From NCBI GenBank assembly GCA_963667725.2, contig CAXXHO010000007.1, positions 59,434-123,433 on the forward strand: a stretch of DNA of 64,000 nucleotides, written 5' to 3'. A program made the translations under genes and the position numbers. Positions 59,176 to 64,000 of the stretch are shown here, in pieces (position 1 is the stretch's first letter; each line of letters opens with the position of its first letter). Source of the DNA: Treponemataceae bacterium. GTDB lineage: Bacteria; Spirochaetota; Spirochaetia; Treponematales; Rectinemataceae. The notes under the pieces were generated by a model. The model was not told the origin of the DNA, did no database searches, and saw nothing but the letters and a program-made list of their open reading frames with translations.

Positions 59176-59646
59176 ATGATACCTGACAAAGTAAAAGCCG
59201 TACTCGACGCGGCCGGCCTCGCGGCCCTCGAATTCGAGGAAGGCTCCACCCCCACCGCCGAGTCCGCGGCCGCCAAGATCGGCGTAGAAGTCGGCCAGAT
59301 CGCCAAAAGCCTCCTTTTCAAGGGCTCTTCGGGCCGCGTGGCCATGATCGTCTGCGCGGGCGACAAGAAGATTTCATCCGGAAAGATAAAGCGGCTCTGC
59401 GGAGAGAAGATGTCGATGACGAGCGCCGAGGAGACCTTCGCGCTCACCGGCTTCTGGCCCGGCGGCGTCTGCCCCTTCGGCGTCGGCGGCATTCCCGTCT
59501 ACGTCGACGAGAGCCTCGCCCCCTGGGACAGGATATATCCCGCCGCCGGCACGAACTCGACCGGCGTGCCGATGACCTACGCTCAGCTTCTGGCGGTGTC
59601 GGGCGGTTCGGTCTGCGACGTGGCCTCGGATCCGCCGGGCGCCTGA
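59176..59646 (+). CDS. YbaK/EbsC aminoacyl-tRNA deacylase family
   Basis: T...AA..IG....QIAKSLLF; TG..PGGVCPFG; AAG. Confidence 0.9.
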   Translation: MIPDKVKAVLDAAGLAALEFEEGSTPTAESAAAKIGVEVGQIAKSLLFKGSSGRVAMIVCAGDKKISSGKIKRLCGEKMSMTSAEETFALTGFWPGGVCPFGVGGIPVYVDESLAPWDRIYPAAGTNSTGVPMTYAQLLAVSGGSVCDVASDPPGA

Positions 59647-60815
59647 GGGACTTTCGCCGGATCGGCGGACGCATCCGGCACGATGCCGATCATCCCGAGC
59701 AGGTAGCGGGCGACATCGTCCGTGCCGGGTTCCATGGCCAGGCGCTCGAGGTTCTGGGTGTAAACCTGCAGCTCGTCGCCTTCCATGAGCCGTTTTATAA
59801 GGTTGGAAAAGACGAAGGGATAGGGCGCGTACCAGCCGATCTTGTACTTTTTCGCGAACTGTATGATGTAGCGGTCGTTGTAGGTGGCCCATTCGGTGAA
59901 GATGAAAGGCTTGCCCATGAATATCGCCTCCATCGCGGTGGAGGCTCCCGCCTTGCCCACGATGGCGTCCGAGACGCTCATCAGCTCGTTCATGTTCGTG
60001 ACGTAGCCCAGCGACGCGAGTCCCGTGCGCGAGGGGACGTTGCGCTTCAGCGTGTCGAATCGGCGCTTCGTCGACTTGTTTTTCCCCGCCACGACGATCA
60101 GGTTGATCGGCGTCTGCGTGAGATAGAGGAGTTCGGCGAAGAAATAGATGTTGCCTATGCCCTGGGCTCCGGCGCTGATGAGCAGGGTGAGCCGGTCCGG
60201 GTCGAGCCCGAGCTTCCGCAGGGGCTCTCCGCTGTGGGGCCTGATATCGAAGAAAGCTTTTTTGATGGGAAAACCGAACTGGTGGATGATCTCGGGCCGC
60301 ACGCCGTGGGCGATAAGCCTGTCCCGCGACTCCTGAGAAGCCACGAGGAGGGCGTCCGCCCCTTCGTTGGCCCACCAGGAATAGCCATCGAAGGGGTCGA
60401 CCACGTAGGCCGCCACCTTGAAGCTCATACCGAGCGTCTCCCTGGCCTTTACCGCTATGTAGAGCGTGAGCGGATGCGTGCAAAAGATCATGTCGGGCTT
60501 GTAGTGCTCGATGTAGTCGATGCCCTTGATCACGAATTCGCGGAAGAGGACGTCGATGTATTTCTTGTTCTTGCCGCTCATCTCCACGAGGAGATAGCCG
60601 ATGCGCGCCGACAGGGGGAAGGCGAGCGCGATGTCCCAGGAACCCTTGATCGCGAGGTCGTCGCGGTAGGCGCCGCTCTCCTTGGCGAAATCGACGACGT
60701 CCACGCTGACCTGGTCGCCGGCGAAGGTTTCGAGCGATTCCTCGACCGCCATGGCGGGGGATTTGTGGCCGAAGCCGGTTTCGAGCATCGTGACGAGAAT
60801 TTTTCTCTTATCCAT
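59583..60815 (-). CDS. MGDG synthase / UgtP-like glycosyltransferase (GT28)
   Basis: G.GH...A; CTHP; G.PI...F; G.G.G.G-like; M..LM..SD..VGKAG..T..EA. Confidence 0.85.
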   Translation of the reverse strand: MDKRKILVTMLETGFGHKSPAMAVEESLETFAGDQVSVDVVDFAKESGAYRDDLAIKGSWDIALAFPLSARIGYLLVEMSGKNKKYIDVLFREFVIKGIDYIEHYKPDMIFCTHPLTLYIAVKARETLGMSFKVAAYVVDPFDGYSWWANEGADALLVASQESRDRLIAHGVRPEIIHQFGFPIKKAFFDIRPHSGEPLRKLGLDPDRLTLLISAGAQGIGNIYFFAELLYLTQTPINLIVVAGKNKSTKRRFDTLKRNVPSRTGLASLGYVTNMNELMSVSDAIVGKAGASTAMEAIFMGKPFIFTEWATYNDRYIIQFAKKYKIGWYAPYPFVFSNLIKRLMEGDELQVYTQNLERLAMEPGTDDVARYLLGMIGIVPDASADPAKVPQAPGGSEATSQTEPPDTARS

Positions 60816-60871
60816 TACTTCCTTCCTGGTGCGCGAGGTTCGCTTCGGCCCGGACCGCCGGCGATGGGTAG

Positions 60872-61381
60872 CTAGAGCGCTGCTTTCGCGGCGGCGAGCG
60901 CCCCCGCGTAGTCGGGTTCCTGGGCGATCTCCGGCACCTGCTGCGTGTACACGACGACGTTCTCCTTATTCAAAACGACGACCGCCCGCGATAGTAACCC
61001 GGCGAGGGGGCCGCTCGTCATTTCGACGCCGTATTTCCTTCCGAATTCGCGGTCGCGCAGCTCCGAGAGGGGAACGACGGCCTTGATGCCCTCGGCCTCG
61101 CAGAAACGCTTCTGGGCGAAGGGCAGGTCCCGGCTCACCGTCAGCACGACGACGCCACCCAGGTTTTCGGCCGCCTTGTTGAAGGCGCGGGCGCTGGCGG
61201 CGCAGACGCCGGTGTCCAGGCTGGGGACTATGTTCAGGATTTTCACCTTTCCGGCGAAGTCCGCGAGCCCCACGTCGGCGAGGTCGCCGCGGGTGAGGGA
61301 AAAGCCGGGGGCGGCGGCGCCCAGCGCCGGCAAGTCGCCCAACGTGCATACCGGTTTGCCTTTGAACATGATGGTGGCCAT
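60872..61381 (-). CDS. tpx: Thiol peroxidase
   Basis: PSLDTGVCA; S.DLPFAQ.RFC; GLL.RAVVV; EPDY. Confidence 0.93.
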   Translation of the reverse strand: MATIMFKGKPVCTLGDLPALGAAAPGFSLTRGDLADVGLADFAGKVKILNIVPSLDTGVCAASARAFNKAAENLGGVVVLTVSRDLPFAQKRFCEAEGIKAVVPLSELRDREFGRKYGVEMTSGPLAGLLSRAVVVLNKENVVVYTQQVPEIAQEPDYAGALAAAKAAL

Positions 61382-61524
61382 CCTGATCCTCCTTGCATAA
61401 AGTCCTGAGTAGAAAGTAGTAAAAACCGGCGTGCCGCGGCAATTCCCGGGTCGCATATTCCGCCGCCCTTCCGGAAAACCCGAAATATTTGACAATCACT
61501 GTTCAAAGGGATATGTTTTTTTTC

Positions 61525-62691
61525 ATGAGTCTAGTAAGGACGGGACTATTCAACGACGGGTACGTCCCGATCATGGACGGCGTCACGATAACAGTCCGGA
61601 ACTATGCCCTATGGCTCTCCAGGCTGCTGGGCCCGACTTCGGTCGTGACGCCCTTCATGCCCAACTACAGAGACGATGAGCCTTTCCCGGTCATCCGCTT
61701 CCTCTCCATGTCCACCATCGTGCGCCCTCCCTACCGGATCGGCCTGCCCGAGCTGGATTTCAAGCTCCAGCATCAGCTCAAGGCCGTGGATTTCGATATC
61801 GTCCACGCCCATTCGCCCTTCGCGGCGGGCCTTCTCGCCAAGCGGGTGGCCAAGGAGAGGCATATCCCGATCGTCGCGACCTTCCATTCGAAGTACAGGG
61901 AGGATTTCGACCATATCTTCGGATTCAAGCCCATCGTCAACGAGCAGATGAAGCACGTCATCGATTTCTTCTACAGCGTCGATCACGTCTGGGTGCCCCA
62001 GGAGTCGGTCGCCCGCACGCTCCGCGAGTACGGCTACAAGGGCCCCTACGAGGTCGTGGAGAACGGGATCGACATGGCTCCCCCGGCCGATCTCGGGCCT
62101 TACCGGGAAAGGGGCGCCAGCTACCTGGGGCTTCCGGAGGGAATTCCCGTCGGCCTCTACGTGGGGCAGCACGTGTTCGAGAAAAACCTCGAGTTCCTGG
62201 TGAATTCTCTCCCCGCGATCATGGCGGCGAGGCCGGACTTCAGGATGGTCTTCGTCGGCAAGGGCTACGCGAAACCCCAGCTGCAGCAGCTCGTGCGGAG
62301 CTTGGGGATACAGGACAACGTGATTTTCCACGACGTGGTCTATGATCGCGAGCTTTTGCAGACGATCTACGCCCGCGGCGACATCTTCCTTTTCCCTTCG
62401 CTTTACGATACCTGGTCGCTGGTCATCAGGGAGGCCGCGGCGATGGGAACGGCCTCGGTGGTGCTTTCGGGATCGAACGTCGCGGAGGCGATAAAAGACG
62501 GGGTCAATGGATACGTATCGGAAAACAGCCCCGAGGCTTTTTCCGCCAAGGTTCTGGAAGCCCTGAACGACGATGCGGAACGCGCGGGAATCGCCCTGAA
62601 CGCGCAGAAGACGCTGTGCCGGACCTGGGAGAATGTCGTCGAGGAAGTTCGGGAACGCTACCTGCATATCCTCTCGCGCTGGGAGAGCTGA
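61525..62691 (+). CDS. GT4 glycosyltransferase
   Basis: Y.P..DGV; HAHSPF; TFHSKY; EKN; FLFPS.YDT..LV..EA. Confidence 0.9.
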   Translation: MSLVRTGLFNDGYVPIMDGVTITVRNYALWLSRLLGPTSVVTPFMPNYRDDEPFPVIRFLSMSTIVRPPYRIGLPELDFKLQHQLKAVDFDIVHAHSPFAAGLLAKRVAKERHIPIVATFHSKYREDFDHIFGFKPIVNEQMKHVIDFFYSVDHVWVPQESVARTLREYGYKGPYEVVENGIDMAPPADLGPYRERGASYLGLPEGIPVGLYVGQHVFEKNLEFLVNSLPAIMAARPDFRMVFVGKGYAKPQLQQLVRSLGIQDNVIFHDVVYDRELLQTIYARGDIFLFPSLYDTWSLVIREAAAMGTASVVLSGSNVAEAIKDGVNGYVSENSPEAFSAKVLEALNDDAERAGIALNAQKTLCRTWENVVEEVRERYLHILSRWES

Positions 62692-62751
62692 GCGGGGCCG
62701 ACGGGCCCGCCCGGGTCCGGACCGCGCGCCGCCGGGCCTCCCCGGAAAAAC

Positions 62752-63396
62752 TCACATTTCGTAAGGGAAGAGCAGCGACTGCTTGTCCTGCAGGCGCCGC
62801 CGCACCGTGTTCACGATGCAGGCCAGGTCGCGCGAGTCGTCCACGAAGTCGAGCCTGTCGCCGGGGATGGTGAGCACCGGGGCGAGGGTGAACGATTGTA
62901 TCCACTCTTCGTAGAGGGTATTCAGCCCCTTGAGGTAGGCGTCGGGGATGTTGGCCTCGAAATCGCGGCCGCGCTTGGCGATCCGCCGCCTGAGGGTCGA
63001 TGCCGAGGCGCGGATGTAGATGACGAGGTCGGGGGGCGGAAGGATCGAGGCGAGGGTGCGGTAGAGTTCCTGGTAGGTGGCCCATTCTTCCGCGCCCATG
63101 GCGCCCTGCAGGTGCAGGTTGCGGGCGAAGACTTCGGCGTCTTCGTACAGGGAGCGGTCCTGGACGACGGATCGCGGGTCGGCCATGAGGTCCCGATGCC
63201 CCTTGGCCCGGCTCGTGAGGAAGAATACTTGGGAATGGAAGGCCCAGCGCCGCATGTCGGCGTAGAAATCCTTGAGGAAGGGATTTTCGGCGACGGGTTC
63301 ATAGTAGGGCGCGAAGTCGAGCTTCTCCGCCAGGAGGCTCACGAGGGTGGATTTTCCGGCGCCGATGTTGCCGGCAAGGACGAGGTATTTTTTCAC
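62752..63396 (-). CDS. Deoxynucleoside kinase
   Basis: GNIGAGKST; EPV..NP.L..FY.D; DRS.YED..VF; RGR..E. Confidence 0.93.
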   Translation of the reverse strand: MKKYLVLAGNIGAGKSTLVSLLAEKLDFAPYYEPVAENPFLKDFYADMRRWAFHSQVFFLTSRAKGHRDLMADPRSVVQDRSLYEDAEVFARNLHLQGAMGAEEWATYQELYRTLASILPPPDLVIYIRASASTLRRRIAKRGRDFEANIPDAYLKGLNTLYEEWIQSFTLAPVLTIPGDRLDFVDDSRDLACIVNTVRRRLQDKQSLLFPYEM

Positions 63397-63501
63397 GCTG
63401 GTTCCGCTTTGGGGCGACTATACCCTATAGCCGCCCGGGTATTTTTGCAAGCGCGAATCTCCGCGCGCGGCCGCTGCGGCGGCGTTTCGGCTTGCCGCCG
63501 C

Positions 63502-64000
63502 TCAGCTCGCGGCCATCGAATCGACGTTTCGGCGATCGGCGTCGGGCACGGTCTCCTCGGCACCGAGCTTGAGAACGAGGGCCGCCCTCGCGAGGGCCGA
63601 GGGAAGGGCGTCCAGGATGGAGGCGCGCAGTCCCGCCTCGCTGGGGTCCAGGGCGACGATCTCGCTCGAAAAGGCGGCCATGGGCGGAGGAATCAGCCCA
63701 AAAAGATCGGCCATGCGGTCCGCGCCGCCGAAGTGCCGGGCGCTCTCCCCGGGGACGGGGGCCATGCCGTGGCAGAGCGCGAAGGCGGGCTCGCCGCTCT
63801 TGTTCAGTATCGAGCAGAAACCGAAGAGTCGGCAGACAAGGGGCCTGCCCGGGTAGACCATGCAGTTCTCGCCCGGCTTCGACTCGTCCCAGAAGGGGCA
63901 GGCCGCGCCCCTGGCGTACGACTCCTCCCTCCGGGCGAAAAAAATGGTCGGCCATGGCCGGGCGCTCGGCGAGGATGAAGAGGGCGAGGCGGTCGGCCTC
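63502..64000 (-). pseudogene. YkgJ/CxxCxxCC family gene, 5'-partial, with an apparent frameshift at a T7 run
   Basis: Upstream GC3-rich frame EADRLALFILAERP is out of frame with the downstream CPFW...C.VY..RPLVCRLFG; T6 would join them. Confidence 0.65.

Noticed and set aside
1..64000. Integron integrase, transposase or phage genes
   Set aside because: No ORF with tyrosine-recombinase, DDE or phage structural motifs was recognised; intI must be outside the window or absent

Overview
The window looks like a high-GC bacterial chromosome segment, probably a spirochaete (inferred from Treponema-like attC repeats and gene content; not verified). The left ~31 kb is the distal part of a large integron cassette array with no integrase in the window. 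It holds an inverted Phd/RelE-ParE toxin-antitoxin cassette, then about 50 consecutive small + strand genes (GNATs, NUDIX, ASCH, YdeI, DinB, nitroreductase and others). The main signal is a smooth ageing gradient along the array. attC sites are near-intact at 0.6-3.8 kb, degenerate by 4-6 kb, fragmentary to about 16 kb and unrecognisable beyond about 25 kb. GC rises in parallel from about 32-37% to the about 70% of core genes, and sigma70 promoters appear in distal spacers. This reads as cassettes being progressively domesticated into chromosomal genes. The right ~33 kb is core genome (ogt, MATE, srkA, ABC-F, M16C peptidase, GGDEF, thrE pair, proS, tRNA-Val, MFS, galU, type II PanK, an enlarged glmS, fhs, ybaK, glycosyltransferases, tpx, dNK). 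It shows a repeated leaderless-mRNA promoter layout, a structured uORF-bearing MFS leader and one homopolymer frameshift. All family calls are by eye from motifs; no database search was run.
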